From: Bacteroidota bacterium
GTDB lineage: Bacteria; Bacteroidota; Bacteroidia; UKL13-3
Direction: 5' to 3'
Assembly (NCBI GenBank): GCA_013298895.1
Contig: JAAFJM010000015.1
Location: 7,811-71,810, forward strand
Length of the DNA: 64,000 bases
Part shown: piece by piece, positions 29,389 through 40,268 of the stretch
How positions within the stretch are numbered: the stretch's first letter is position 1
How the letters are laid out: the number at the start of each line of letters is the position of its first letter
Notes under the pieces: generated by a model
What the model was told of the DNA's origin: nothing
Seen by the model: the letters and a program-made list of their open reading frames with translations, nothing else
Database searches by the model: none
Position numbers and translations under genes: made by a program

Positions 29389-30192
29389 ATGGAAATTTTA
29401 ACCTATAAATTTAACTGGATAAACCTAGTAGATTTGGTGCTAGTGCTATTAATTAGCTGGCAGCTATTTGTTAGGGTTAAAGGCAGTTTGGCATTCAATA
29501 TTATGATTGGATTGCTAACGCTTTATGCCTTTTGGTGGGTGGTTAAATATTTTGAAATGCCCCTTTTAGAAACCATTTTAGGCGGTTTTGCTAATTTTGG
29601 TGTGGTGGCAGTTTTAATAGTTTTTCAGCAAGAAATAAGGCGTTTTTTATTAATCATTGGGCGAAATTCATTTTTAGGCGAAAACAAAAAATGGTGGAAT
29701 ATTTTTCCTTGGAAATGGAAATTAGATGACCCTGATGAACTTGATTTTGAAACCATTGTAGATGCATGTCAAGTATTAGCAGAAACACATACTGGAGCAA
29801 TTATTATTTTCCCAAAAACAAGTGAAATGCGTTTTTTAGCAGCCAGTGGCGAAACCATTGAAGCGAATATTACCAAACGTTTAATTTTAACTATATTTAA
29901 CAAAACCAGTCCACTACACGATGGTGCAATGATTATAGCCAAAGGCAAAATTAAAGCTGCAAACTGCGTATTACCAGTTAGCGATAACCCCGATTTAATC
30001 AATAAATTTGGATTGCGCCATTTATCGGCCATTGGAATTACAGAACAAACAGATGCTATTTGCTTGGTAATAAGCGAAGAACGTGGTTATATAAGTTTTG
30101 TAAAAGAAGGAAAAATTACCGAAGCTATTGATAGGGAATTACTCATAGGACTACTTAATTTAGAACTGAAACCGAAAGTAAAATACGAGTAG
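29389..30192 (+). CDS. cdaA: Diadenylate cyclase (CdaA/DacA)
   Basis: 3 TM helices; VFQQEIRRFL; SPLHDGA; GLRH.SA.G.TE; VISEERG. Confidence 0.92.
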   Translation: MEILTYKFNWINLVDLVLVLLISWQLFVRVKGSLAFNIMIGLLTLYAFWWVVKYFEMPLLETILGGFANFGVVAVLIVFQQEIRRFLLIIGRNSFLGENKKWWNIFPWKWKLDDPDELDFETIVDACQVLAETHTGAIIIFPKTSEMRFLAASGETIEANITKRLILTIFNKTSPLHDGAMIIAKGKIKAANCVLPVSDNPDLINKFGLRHLSAIGITEQTDAICLVISEERGYISFVKEGKITEAIDRELLIGLLNLELKPKVKYE

Positions 30193-30262
30193 ATTAGGTA
30201 TGATTTTCAATTAACAATAGATTTAAATTGTTAACTCTTTTAGAAATGGTACTTTTATAAAT

Positions 30263-30292
30263 AAAAAGCCTGAGTTTAAAACTCAGGCCCTT
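30263..30292. terminator. Terminator between convergent cdaA and the DEAD-box helicase
   Basis: GCCTGAGTTT-AAAACTCAGGC. Confidence 0.7.
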
Positions 30293-30320
30293 AAAATTAA
30301 TATTTATGAATGATTAAAAC

Positions 30321-32273
30321 TTAATCTCTTCTACGTCTTCTTTCCCCACTTGGTCTATCACCAGCAGGTTTATCGCCACCATAGCTTCTGTTACGTCCGC
30401 CATCTCTGGTTCCGTAACCGCTTCTTTCGGTAGTTCCTTCGCTGCGGCCATAGCTGCTTCTGTCGCTTCTTTCAGTTCTCGGTGCTCTTTCTCTGTCACC
30501 ACCTCTACTATCTCTATCACCTCCGCTGCTACGTCTTCTATCGCCACCTCCATAGCTTGAGCTTCCGCCTTCGCTTCTTCTGCTGCTGTATCCACCGCCA
30601 CCACTTCTTCCGCCTCTATCACCTCCGCGGCCGCCTCTGCCTTCGCGCGAACCACCTGGTTTTTCACCACTTAATTCTGCTCTAACAGGTCTGCCTTCGT
30701 AAGTATTGCCATTTAAAGCAGTAATTACTTTTTCGGCTAATTCTTCTTTTACATCTACAAAGCTAAATACACCACTTACATCTACATGTAATTCTTTCCA
30801 ATCTAACTTACTTTCTTGAGCAACCCAATCTTTAAAGCTGCGAATATCAAAGCCATCTTTTTTACCTACACTCACAAAAATTCTTTGTCCGCGTACATTT
30901 CCACCACGTTCGCCTCTTTCACCATCTCTGGTTCTATCGCCCGAAGTAGTATTTAAATCAGGAGCGTTTAAGTATTCTACACTAAATCTGCGTAACTCAA
31001 GCGAAAGGAATTTTTTTACCAATTCTTCGTTTGGTAAAGTTAATAACGGGCGTAAGCTGGTCATTACTTTATCATCAAAAATGCTTTCTTCAATTTCGGT
31101 ATTTACAATGGTATCAATAAATGCTACTAATTTTTTATCGCGCACTTCTTCGGCACTTGGAATTAGTATTTTTTCAAATTTCACATTACTCAATCTTTCA
31201 ATATCGCGTAATCTTCCATTTTCGCGCATGTTTAATAAAGTAAACGATACACCTAATTTTCCAGCTCTACCTGTTCTACCACTTCTGTGTGTGTAGTTTT
31301 CAATATCATCTGGCAAACTAAAATGGATTACGTGACTAATGCCTGAAACATCAATACCACGGGCAGCCACATCGGTTGCTAATAATATTTTGATGGCATG
31401 ATGACGGAAACGGTTCATTACCTTTTCGCGTTGTCCTTGGCTTAAATCACCATGTAAACAATCGGCATTGTAACCATCTTTAATTAATTTATCGCTAATA
31501 TCTTGTGTTTCGTGTTTGGTAGTACAAAATATAATTGCGTAAATATCATCGCTGTTAAAATCAACAAAACGTTTTAAGGCAGCATATTTATCGCGGGCAT
31601 GCACTACAGCATATTGATGTGTAATGTTTACGTTACCCGAGTTAGATTTACCAACTGTAATTTCAAAAGGATCGTTCATGTAACGGTTTGCAATGTTTCT
31701 GATGCTTTTTGGCATAGTTGCACTGAATAAACAAACGCGTTTTTCTTTAGGAGTTTCTGCTAAAATGTATTCTACATCTTCTTCAAAACCCATGTTTAGC
31801 ATTTCATCTGCTTCGTCTAACACTACATATTTTACTGTAGAAATGTTAAGCGCTCTGCGGTTCATTAAATCCATTAAACGACCTGGAGTAGCCACAATAA
31901 TGTGTGCACCACGTTTAATATCAGAAATTTGACGTTCAATACTACTGCCACCGTACACTGCTACAATGTTAATACTAGATTTGTTTTTGCTGTAGTTACC
32001 TAAATCTTTGCTAATTTGCATGCAAAGCTCACGTGTAGGACAAATAACTAAAGCTTGAATAGTTCTGTTAGAAGGTTCAACAAGTTGAATAATTGGCAGG
32101 CCAAATGCTGCTGTTTTACCGGTTCCCGTCTGGGCTAATCCCAAAATATCTTGGCCTGTTTCTAAAAACACAGGAATAGACTGTTCCTGTATAGGCGTTG
32201 GAGTCTCAAACCCCATCTCTTGAATCGCATTCAAGATGGACGTTTCTACGCCCAAATCACTAAAATTTTTCAA
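30321..32273 (-). CDS. DEAD-box RNA helicase (DeaD/CsdA-like) with DbpA RNA-binding domain and RGG-rich tail
   Basis: AQTGTGKT, PTREL, DEADEML, SAT, ARGID, HRSGRTGRAG; -7 box TATATTTG at 32297-32304 (minus). Confidence 0.93.
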   Translation of the reverse strand: MKNFSDLGVETSILNAIQEMGFETPTPIQEQSIPVFLETGQDILGLAQTGTGKTAAFGLPIIQLVEPSNRTIQALVICPTRELCMQISKDLGNYSKNKSSINIVAVYGGSSIERQISDIKRGAHIIVATPGRLMDLMNRRALNISTVKYVVLDEADEMLNMGFEEDVEYILAETPKEKRVCLFSATMPKSIRNIANRYMNDPFEITVGKSNSGNVNITHQYAVVHARDKYAALKRFVDFNSDDIYAIIFCTTKHETQDISDKLIKDGYNADCLHGDLSQGQREKVMNRFRHHAIKILLATDVAARGIDVSGISHVIHFSLPDDIENYTHRSGRTGRAGKLGVSFTLLNMRENGRLRDIERLSNVKFEKILIPSAEEVRDKKLVAFIDTIVNTEIEESIFDDKVMTSLRPLLTLPNEELVKKFLSLELRRFSVEYLNAPDLNTTSGDRTRDGERGERGGNVRGQRIFVSVGKKDGFDIRSFKDWVAQESKLDWKELHVDVSGVFSFVDVKEELAEKVITALNGNTYEGRPVRAELSGEKPGGSREGRGGRGGDRGGRSGGGGYSSRRSEGGSSSYGGGDRRRSSGGDRDSRGGDRERAPRTERSDRSSYGRSEGTTERSGYGTRDGGRNRSYGGDKPAGDRPSGERRRRRD

Positions 32274-32452
32274 AGTACTTTATTAAAAATAAGCCACAAA
32301 TATAGCTTAATATTTGATATATTGGCTTTTAGTGACTTAAATAAGTTTTATTTATTAGGGAACATAAGAAGTTGATAACAAACTTGATTTAGTTATGTAA
32401 TTTAATTAGACATAGTTTTATATATTTGAATCTAATCGTATTAACAAAATTG

Positions 32453-33205
32453 ATGAAAAAGATATATTTTAAAACAATAATTACTGGGCTAATTTTAAGT
32501 TTTATCCAACTAAACACTAATGCTCAATGTACACCTGATTTAAGCCTACAATCAACAGGAGTTTACCCTGTTATTCTACCCTCAGCAAAAGTAGGACTTC
32601 CATATAGTGAAATATTGCAATTTCATGTAGTTAAAGATTCTTCAGTTACAGTTCCTGTTTTTGGAAAAGTAGATGCAACAATTGATTCATTTACCATATT
32701 CAAAGTAAATGGTATTCCCGAAGGAATGAGTTTCATTTGTAATACATCAAATTGTACTATTCCTGGTGGTGGAAATGGTTGCGCCAAAATTACTGGAACA
32801 CCAACTACAAAAGGGATTTACCCTCTTCAAATTATTTTAAAAGTAAGAGTTACAGCTCTTGGCTTTACTCAAACCCAATTAGATACCATGAATAATTATA
32901 CCGTTACTGTAGAAAGTGGTTTAGGTATTAACAATGGCTATGATTTAAAAAATGCTGGCTATAAAATTTTTCCAAACCCAATTACCAACAATCAATTAAA
33001 TTTAGAAATTTGGAATAATGATGCATCCAACTGCACAGTTCAGTTATTCAGTATGCAAGGCAAAGAGGTTTTTAACCAACAATTTGATTTAAATTTTGGA
33101 CTAAATAAAAACACCATCAATACCGAACAATTGGCTAAAGGCATTTATTTGGTTAAAATTAACCACGAAAACAGCCAATTTGAACAAAAAATTATAATAG
33201 AATAA
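32453..33205 (+). CDS. T9SS type A sorting domain protein
   Basis: Signal peptide AQC; C-terminal IFPNP...LAKGIYLVKI......KIII; -7 box at 32421-32428. Confidence 0.8.
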   Translation: MKKIYFKTIITGLILSFIQLNTNAQCTPDLSLQSTGVYPVILPSAKVGLPYSEILQFHVVKDSSVTVPVFGKVDATIDSFTIFKVNGIPEGMSFICNTSNCTIPGGGNGCAKITGTPTTKGIYPLQIILKVRVTALGFTQTQLDTMNNYTVTVESGLGINNGYDLKNAGYKIFPNPITNNQLNLEIWNNDASNCTVQLFSMQGKEVFNQQFDLNFGLNKNTINTEQLAKGIYLVKINHENSQFEQKIIIE

Positions 33206-33282
33206 TTTTACAAATTAATAATTAAACCTTTTGGGGTTTTAAGAGTCCGACATTCGTAATTTTTTAATAATAATAATATTTT

Positions 33283-34992
33283 ATGGCACAAATTAACCGA
33301 AAGCAGTTTTTTCAAAACTTGGCTTCTGAAGCCTTAACCGAAAAAGAGTTACCCGTTTATCCTTACAAGGATCCTTCAAATACTGAAGTTCCTACTAGCT
33401 TAAGGAAAACCAGCATAGGTATTAGCCCTTATCAAGGTGCATGGACCGAAACTGAAATAAAGCATTTGTGCCGTAGAACTTTATTTGGTGTATCGAAGGC
33501 CGATATTGATTTTTTTAAAACTAAAACCATGGCCCAATCTGTGGATGCCATTTTAAACATATCAACCACCGACCCTGCGCCACCAGTTAATCATTACAGC
33601 GCCAATGCAAGTTTTCCAGATGCCGATGTGCCTTTTGGTGATACTTGGGTAAATGCAAATGAAAATCCATTGCTTAGTGCAGCCCGCAGAAACTCATTTA
33701 AAGCTTGGTGGATGGGCTTAATGATAAATCAAGACCGAACCATCAAAGAAAAAATGACTCTTTTTTGGCACAATCATTTCGCTACAGAAAGCACTGTAAT
33801 TCAACTAGCTAGATTTACTTACGACCATCATAAAATGTTACGCCAAAACTGTTTGGGTAATTTTAAAACCTTAACTCGTTTGGTAGCTACCGATTGTGCC
33901 ATGTTGGTATATTTAAATGGCGAAAAAAATACTAAAACTGCTCCTGATGAAAACTTTGGACGTGAGCTACAAGAACTATTTACAATAGGAAAAGATTTAG
34001 CAAATCATTATACTGAAGATGATGTAAAAGCTGCCGCCAAAGTAATGACTGGCTGGCGGAATAATAGAGTTGGTTTTACATCGTATTTTGATTCAACTAA
34101 ACACGATACCAGCAATAAACAGTTTTCATCGTTTTACAATAATGCGGTAATTACAGGAAAAACTGGTTCTGGTGGAGCCACCGAGGTAGACGATTTAATT
34201 ACCATGATTTTTAATCATGACGAAGTAGCAAAATACATTTGCCGTAAAATTTACCGCTTTTTTGTTTATTATATAATTGACGAAAGTGTTGAAACAAATG
34301 TTATTGCACCTTTAGCAACAGTTTTTAGAAACAGTGGCTATAACATAAAAACAGTAATGGATACTTTGCTAAAAAGTGAACATTTTTACGATGCATTAAA
34401 CATGGGTTGTGTAATAAAACCACCAACCGACCATTTAGCTGGAATTGCTAGAACTTTTAATTTGCAATTTCCAAGTGCTAGCAATGTAACTCAAACCTAT
34501 GCTCATTTAGGTTATTTTCAACAAATAGGATTGGCTTTTGGACAAGATATTGGCGATGCTCCTAATGTGGCTGGTTGGCCAGCCTATTGGCAATCACCTC
34601 AGTTTTATGAGCTATGGATAAACTCCGATTCACTTCCAAAACGCAATCAAGTTTGCGATGGACTAATTTATACAGGTTTTAATCGCCAAGGATTTAAGTT
34701 AATCCTTGATCCAATAGCATTTGTTGTTCAATTTTCAACACCAGAAGATCCGAATGCATTAATTAACCAAACAGTAAGTTTACTTTTTGCCATTGATGTT
34801 TCAACTACTAGTAAAATACAACTTAAAACTGCCTTTTTACTTTCGGGCCAAGCTAGCGACTATTATTGGACTGATGCTTGGATTGCCTATATACAAGCAC
34901 CAACTAATACTGCTAAAAAACAAGCTGTTTATAGCAGGTTACAAGGATTATTTAAATATTTAATGGGTTTAGCCGAGTTTCAATTAATTTAA
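33283..34992 (+). CDS. DUF1800 family protein
   Basis: HL.RR..FG; EKMTLFWHNHF; AML.YL....N....PDENFGREL.ELFT.G; P.VAGW. Confidence 0.9.
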   Translation: MAQINRKQFFQNLASEALTEKELPVYPYKDPSNTEVPTSLRKTSIGISPYQGAWTETEIKHLCRRTLFGVSKADIDFFKTKTMAQSVDAILNISTTDPAPPVNHYSANASFPDADVPFGDTWVNANENPLLSAARRNSFKAWWMGLMINQDRTIKEKMTLFWHNHFATESTVIQLARFTYDHHKMLRQNCLGNFKTLTRLVATDCAMLVYLNGEKNTKTAPDENFGRELQELFTIGKDLANHYTEDDVKAAAKVMTGWRNNRVGFTSYFDSTKHDTSNKQFSSFYNNAVITGKTGSGGATEVDDLITMIFNHDEVAKYICRKIYRFFVYYIIDESVETNVIAPLATVFRNSGYNIKTVMDTLLKSEHFYDALNMGCVIKPPTDHLAGIARTFNLQFPSASNVTQTYAHLGYFQQIGLAFGQDIGDAPNVAGWPAYWQSPQFYELWINSDSLPKRNQVCDGLIYTGFNRQGFKLILDPIAFVVQFSTPEDPNALINQTVSLLFAIDVSTTSKIQLKTAFLLSGQASDYYWTDAWIAYIQAPTNTAKKQAVYSRLQGLFKYLMGLAEFQLI

Positions 34993-35004
34993 AATGCCAT
35001 TGTT

Positions 35005-36585
35005 ATGAAAAGAAGAGATTTTTTACAAAAAGCAATTACTGCAAGTGCATTGCCATTATTTATTAATGGTTTCCCAATTCAAACTTTAGCCGACAACCCA
35101 ATTGTACAATATTTGGGTAAAGCAGGAGCGGAAGATCATGTATTGGTTTTAATTCAATTAAATGGTGGTAACGATGGATTAAATACTGTTATTCCAATTG
35201 ACCAATACAGCAAATTGGTTTTGGCAAGGCAAAATATTTTAATACAACAAAATAAAATATTGGCTTTAACAGGAACGCAAGCTACTGGCTTACACCCAAG
35301 CCTGAGTGAAGTGCGCAACCTTTACGATAATGGCTTGGTAAATATTGTACAAAGTGTTGGTTATCCAGACCCCAATTTCTCACATTTTAGAGCAACTGAT
35401 ATTTGGCTAACAGGAAGCGATAGCAACGTAAATGAAGAAACTGGTTGGATGGGAAGATATTTAGAAACCAAATTTGATGGGTTTCCAACCAATTACCCAA
35501 ATACCAATTATCCTGATCCACCTGCCATTCAAATTGGAGCTTTGGTTTCGCCAGCATTGCAAGGCCACCAAGCCAGTTTAGGCATGTCAATTACCGACCC
35601 AACTTCGTTTTATCAATTTGTAAACGGAACGGTTGATACTGCACCAAATACTCCGGCTGGCCACGAATTAACTTATGTAAGACTAGTAGCTCAACAAACA
35701 CAACAATACAGTGGAACCATAAAAGCCGCAGCCGATAAAGCCACCAATTTATCAACTTTATATCCAACTGCTGGAACCAATAGCCTTGCCGACCAATTAA
35801 AAATTGTGGCACAATTAATTGCCGGAGGCTTAAAAACCCAAGTATATATGGTTAGTTTGGGTGGATTTGATACACATGCTGGCCAAACCGATTCAAGTGC
35901 AACTGAAAATGGCACACATGCCAACTTAATGCAAAAAATATCGCAAGCGGTAAATGCATTTCAAGATGATTTGAAAAAATTAGCCATTGATGAACGTGTA
36001 TTAGGAATGACTTTTTCGGAATTTGGACGTAGAATTAAATCGAATGACAGTTTAGGCACCGACCATGGAGCAGCTGCACCACTATTTATATTTGGTAAAA
36101 ATGTAAAACCAGGAATTACTGGTAATAATCCAATTATTCCGAGTACGGTAACTGCCAACGATAATGTACCAATGCAAGTTGATTTCAGATCGGTTTACGC
36201 CAGTATTTTAAAGTATTGGTTTAATGTAAGCGATAGCGAATTAAGCCCAATGTTGCTTAATAAAACATTTCCATTGTTAGATATTATAGCAAACGGCAGT
36301 TCAAGCGTAACTAATGCAATAGAAGCTAAAATTGGTATTTTAGAAAATTATCCTAATCCTGCTACCACCCAAACTACCATTAAGTTCTCGTGCAGTGGTG
36401 GTTATGTAAAAATACGTTTGTATGATAACATAGGTAGAGAAATACTAACCATAGCTGAAAATGATTATAGCAAAGGAACACATGAAGTAGTTTTAAACAC
36501 CGAAAGCTTAAGAAATGGTACTTATTATTATCAAGTACAACAAGGTGCCTCGCAATTAATGAAAGCGCTAGTAGTAGCTAAGTAA
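35005..36585 (+). CDS. DUF1501 family protein with Tat signal and T9SS type A CTD
   Basis: MKRRDFL; QL.GGNDGLN; SHF...DIW; GGFDTH; SEFGRR; GTDHG; DFRSVY; NYPNP...GTYYY. Confidence 0.9.
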   Translation: MKRRDFLQKAITASALPLFINGFPIQTLADNPIVQYLGKAGAEDHVLVLIQLNGGNDGLNTVIPIDQYSKLVLARQNILIQQNKILALTGTQATGLHPSLSEVRNLYDNGLVNIVQSVGYPDPNFSHFRATDIWLTGSDSNVNEETGWMGRYLETKFDGFPTNYPNTNYPDPPAIQIGALVSPALQGHQASLGMSITDPTSFYQFVNGTVDTAPNTPAGHELTYVRLVAQQTQQYSGTIKAAADKATNLSTLYPTAGTNSLADQLKIVAQLIAGGLKTQVYMVSLGGFDTHAGQTDSSATENGTHANLMQKISQAVNAFQDDLKKLAIDERVLGMTFSEFGRRIKSNDSLGTDHGAAAPLFIFGKNVKPGITGNNPIIPSTVTANDNVPMQVDFRSVYASILKYWFNVSDSELSPMLLNKTFPLLDIIANGSSSVTNAIEAKIGILENYPNPATTQTTIKFSCSGGYVKIRLYDNIGREILTIAENDYSKGTHEVVLNTESLRNGTYYYQVQQGASQLMKALVVAK

Positions 36586-36607
36586 CATAAATATTAGAAC
36601 TTTTTTA

Positions 36608-36641
36608 AAGCCGTTTAGAGTTAACTCTAAACGGCTTTTTT
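36608..36641 (+). terminator. Terminator after DUF1501
   Basis: AAAGCCGTTTAGAG-TTAA-CTCTAAACGGCTTT then T run. Confidence 0.85.
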
Positions 36642-36706
36642 AGTATAAAATAATTCAATATATATATAATCCAACTAAAACCATCAAATAAAAACCATCT
36701 TTATTC

Positions 36707-36804
36707 TTATTTGAGTTGCGGAAAACTTATTCAAGCTGCGCAAAAAGGGTTTTCAAAACGCTGATTTATTTATTTAAGCTGCTTTTTATATTATTTAAGC
36801 TGTT
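36707..36804 (+). promoter_or_regulatory. Four 14-nt direct repeats, putative transcription factor operator
   Basis: TTATTTGAGTTGCG (36707), TTATTCAAGCTGCG (36727), TTATTTAAGCTGCT (36770), TTATTTAAGCTGTT (36791). Confidence 0.55.
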
Positions 36805-36960
36805 GTTTTAATGTTTTAAGAAAAAATATTTAGTTGATTATCTGAATTTTATACAAAATGATAAAAAATATTTACAAAAATAAAACCACTTATATAAAAT
36901 TAACGTATGTTTGAATAAGAAATCAGTTAATAAGTAATAACATTTAAACATAAAACGATT

Positions 36961-37257
36961 ATGAACACATTTACTAAAAACGAAGGACACACATTATCAT
37001 TTAACGAATACAGCTCTGTTTTTAAAAATGAAAAACAACCTGTAGGTATTCGTTTAGCTAAAAAAGTTGGTTCATTTGTAAAAGACACTGTATTTTTTAT
37101 GAAATACATGTACTTTGTTGTATTGTTAGTTATGATTTTAGGTGTTTTATTCGAGATTAAATGCATATACAATATTGATGTATTCCGTAACTTGGATACA
37201 CCATTTGATACTTATTATAATGAGGCAAAAGGTAATTTAACAGCCGATTTAAGATAA
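36961..37257 (+). CDS. Small hypothetical single-TM protein
   Basis: 98-aa ORF with A-rich leader and one hydrophobic segment. Confidence 0.65.
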   Translation: MNTFTKNEGHTLSFNEYSSVFKNEKQPVGIRLAKKVGSFVKDTVFFMKYMYFVVLLVMILGVLFEIKCIYNIDVFRNLDTPFDTYYNEAKGNLTADLR

Positions 37258-37282
37258 TGCAAAAGCTGTGCGTTATTTTAAA

Positions 37283-40129
37283 CTATCTAGCGGCTTTAAA
37301 ATTTCTAATATTATAAGTAAACACGAGCATAAAATATCGATTTAAAACTTGGGTTTTGTTATCTTCTATTGAATTACCAAAAATGGTCCTATTAATGTTG
37401 TTGTTTTGATTTAAAATGTCAAAAGTATTTAACAACAATTCTGCTGCATTATTTTTCCCAAATTTATAGCCAAAACCTCCGCTCCATAAAAAGAAATTTT
37501 GATTAAAATTATCACCAAGTCCAGTGTAATATGTATTAGTAATATCAGTTCTTACTATCAATCCTTTCCAAAGCATTAAATTTAATTTAGCCGCACTTAT
37601 TTGATAAAAATAATTATTGTTAGCATTGGCATTCAGGGTATTCTCTACCACATTGTAAAAAGCGGTATATGATATGGTGAAATCTATTTTTTCATTAATA
37701 TTACTACCAAGAGCAAATCCTGAAGTGAGTGTGTATGTATTGGCGTAGTTGATTAAATTATTAGTTTTACTTGGTGTTCTAGTATAGGTTGTTCCTAGGT
37801 TAATATTTAAATTACTTTTAAGCATTTTAACTGGAAACCCATAAGTAATAAAACTATTGATATTCCAATAGCCATCAAAATTTTCTGGTTTAATTAATTG
37901 CGAACCTTTGCTTAAAACAATATTGTCTATCATTTTACTGCTGTCTCGGACTGTATAAGTGTTGTTACCAATATAATTTTGGGTATTGTTAGCATTTATA
38001 AATAAGTAGAAAGTTTTGCCTTTATCAGGGTTTGAAAAACCATAACGAGTTACCAAAACATTGCTATATTCTTGTAAAAGGTTGCTATTTCCTGTGCTCA
38101 AACTTAATGGATTGGTATTGTCTAACACATTTTGTAATTGATTAATGCTTGGTGCATTGGTATTGGTTCTATAAAAAATTCTAACATTGTTCTTTTTATT
38201 GAATTGATAGCTAATCATAGCACCTGGAAGTATGTTGTTAAAGTTTTTTCGCATCACATTAGGAATTGGTGTTTTTTGAATACCTTCCAGTGATACTAAT
38301 TGGTAGTTGGCTCCAATCATAAAATTTGTTTTTTCACCAATTTTTAGACGGTAATTAAAACCTCCTCTTTGTGTAGTAATTGTGTTTTCAAAATTACTTG
38401 ATAAACTTCCATTTAAAATGGTGTATTCATTATTAACCGAATCTTTATTATTAGTATTTTTATCATTAGCGTTGATGCTATATGAAGGGGAATAATTTAG
38501 CATTAGCATCCCATTTTTTCCAATTTGTTCTGTATAATTTATAGCTCCCGAATGATTAATAGAATTACCGCTAGTAGTTGTTTTTTGATCCAGTTTATAT
38601 ACAGAATCATTTGGTAAATAATAGTTGTTTTGTGAGAATAAATTAGTACTGCCATTTTTATTGTTTACATCAGTTCCAATATTAAATGAAATGGTTCGGC
38701 CTTGCTTCGTGAATTTATGTCTATATAAAATATTGTTGTTCAAACTAATTCCTTCGTTTTTAGATGTATTGGTATTAATGGTTGTATTCAAAAGTGAATC
38801 ATAAAACTTATTACTACCATTATTTGAATTTGAGGAATTGTTGTTTTGAAAACTTAATTTTGGTGTTACAATTATTGAATTACTGGAATCTAGGTTATAC
38901 TCCAACCTTAAGTTGATTCGGTGGTTGTAATTATCTGATTGATTAATGCTTTTTTGGTTATAAACTTGATCAAATCCTTGACCTAAAATAGTTAAACGCT
39001 GTAAATCACTTACAGTGTTATTATTAGATTGATTGAAAAAGTAGCTGCCTGTAAAATTTAATTTTTTACCCCAATTGTCACTGAAATTTATTCCAATCGA
39101 ATTGCTTTTATTGATACCACCTTGATTTCCTACTGCAAAGTTGTTGCTAGCATTTCCACCACCACCTCCTTGGCCTCCCATCATACCTCCTCCACCAAAG
39201 CCGCGCCCCCCCATTACCCCTCTTCCTTGATTACCAGTATTTGCAAGCCCTAATAAATCCTGAGAACCAAAATTTTGTTGGTTTATATTATTGCTTAATC
39301 CTAGAAAAGAAATGCGCTGTTTGCCTTTAAAAAAATTGATATTTCCACCTGCAGTATACCTTTCATTGGTTCCTGCTCCTGTATATAAACGTCCAAAATT
39401 ACCATTGCTTTTCCCTGATTTGGTGGTAATATTTATGGCTTTTTGAGTATTGCCATCGTTAAATCCAGTGAATTGAGATTGGTCGCTTTGTCTATCAAAA
39501 ACTTGTATTTTATCTACAACTTCGGCAGGTAAATTTTTAAGAGCTAAGGTTACATCATCCCCAAAAAATTCTTTACCATCAATGGTAACTTTTTGTACAT
39601 TTTCACCCTGAGCTTTTACTGTTCCATTTTCTATTGTTATACCAGGCATTTTGGTTACCAAGTCTTGCACATTGGCGTCTGGATTGGTTTTAAAAGCATT
39701 GGCATTATATTCTGTAGTATCATCTTTCTGTTGAGATCTAATAACTCTCTCCTGTATATTAACATCCTTAAGTTGATTTGGATTTCTTGATAAACTAAAG
39801 GTTCCTAAGTTTTGATTAGCTTCAGTTAATTGGATGGAAATTTCTTCTTTTTTAAAACCAACATAACTAAATTTAATAGCATAGAAACCTTGAGGTAATT
39901 CATTTACAATAAACTTCCCTTCACTATTAGTATTTGTAAATATCTTTTTTGTACTATCCTGCTTGTATATAAACAAAACACTTACACCAACTAATGGTTG
40001 TTTTGCTTTTACGTCAACAACTATTCCAAAAGCTTTTTCAACCACTTGCGCATTTGTTTTATTTAAAATATTTAAATGGACTAAAGCCATTATTATAATA
40101 ATTAAATAGTTTGATTGTTTTTGTTTCAT
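37283..40129 (-). CDS. Outer-membrane beta-barrel family protein (TonB-dependent-receptor-like, carboxypeptidase-regulatory-like N-terminus)
   Basis: DT.EYNA.AFKT.P.A...DL..K.PG; V.IDGK.FFG.D...A.KNLPA..VDKIQV; C-terminal RYFM..FTY. Confidence 0.85.
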   Translation of the reverse strand: MKQKQSNYLIIIIMALVHLNILNKTNAQVVEKAFGIVVDVKAKQPLVGVSVLFIYKQDSTKKIFTNTNSEGKFIVNELPQGFYAIKFSYVGFKKEEISIQLTEANQNLGTFSLSRNPNQLKDVNIQERVIRSQQKDDTTEYNANAFKTNPDANVQDLVTKMPGITIENGTVKAQGENVQKVTIDGKEFFGDDVTLALKNLPAEVVDKIQVFDRQSDQSQFTGFNDGNTQKAINITTKSGKSNGNFGRLYTGAGTNERYTAGGNINFFKGKQRISFLGLSNNINQQNFGSQDLLGLANTGNQGRGVMGGRGFGGGGMMGGQGGGGGNASNNFAVGNQGGINKSNSIGINFSDNWGKKLNFTGSYFFNQSNNNTVSDLQRLTILGQGFDQVYNQKSINQSDNYNHRINLRLEYNLDSSNSIIVTPKLSFQNNNSSNSNNGSNKFYDSLLNTTINTNTSKNEGISLNNNILYRHKFTKQGRTISFNIGTDVNNKNGSTNLFSQNNYYLPNDSVYKLDQKTTTSGNSINHSGAINYTEQIGKNGMLMLNYSPSYSINANDKNTNNKDSVNNEYTILNGSLSSNFENTITTQRGGFNYRLKIGEKTNFMIGANYQLVSLEGIQKTPIPNVMRKNFNNILPGAMISYQFNKKNNVRIFYRTNTNAPSINQLQNVLDNTNPLSLSTGNSNLLQEYSNVLVTRYGFSNPDKGKTFYLFINANNTQNYIGNNTYTVRDSSKMIDNIVLSKGSQLIKPENFDGYWNINSFITYGFPVKMLKSNLNINLGTTYTRTPSKTNNLINYANTYTLTSGFALGSNINEKIDFTISYTAFYNVVENTLNANANNNYFYQISAAKLNLMLWKGLIVRTDITNTYYTGLGDNFNQNFFLWSGGFGYKFGKNNAAELLLNTFDILNQNNNINRTIFGNSIEDNKTQVLNRYFMLVFTYNIRNFKAAR

Positions 40130-40268
40130 AAATCAATATTTAAATTGAAGTTAGCGAATGTAGATTTAAAATACGCCATAAAGTTTAATTCACGTAAATA
40201 AAAAAATTAAAATTAAATGTTTCCATCCACTAACTTAATTGCTAAATTGCGCCAAATAGTTTTTAAAA

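Noticed and set aside
29389..30192. Cyclic dinucleotide cyclase as a CBASS-like defence gene
   Set aside because: Membrane DAC-family CdaA in its usual folP-linked housekeeping context, not a CD-NTase.
30314..30670. 118-aa Ala/Glu/Val-rich ORF overlapping the helicase tail
   Set aside because: Alternative-frame shadow of the GC-rich RGG/DR low-complexity tail.
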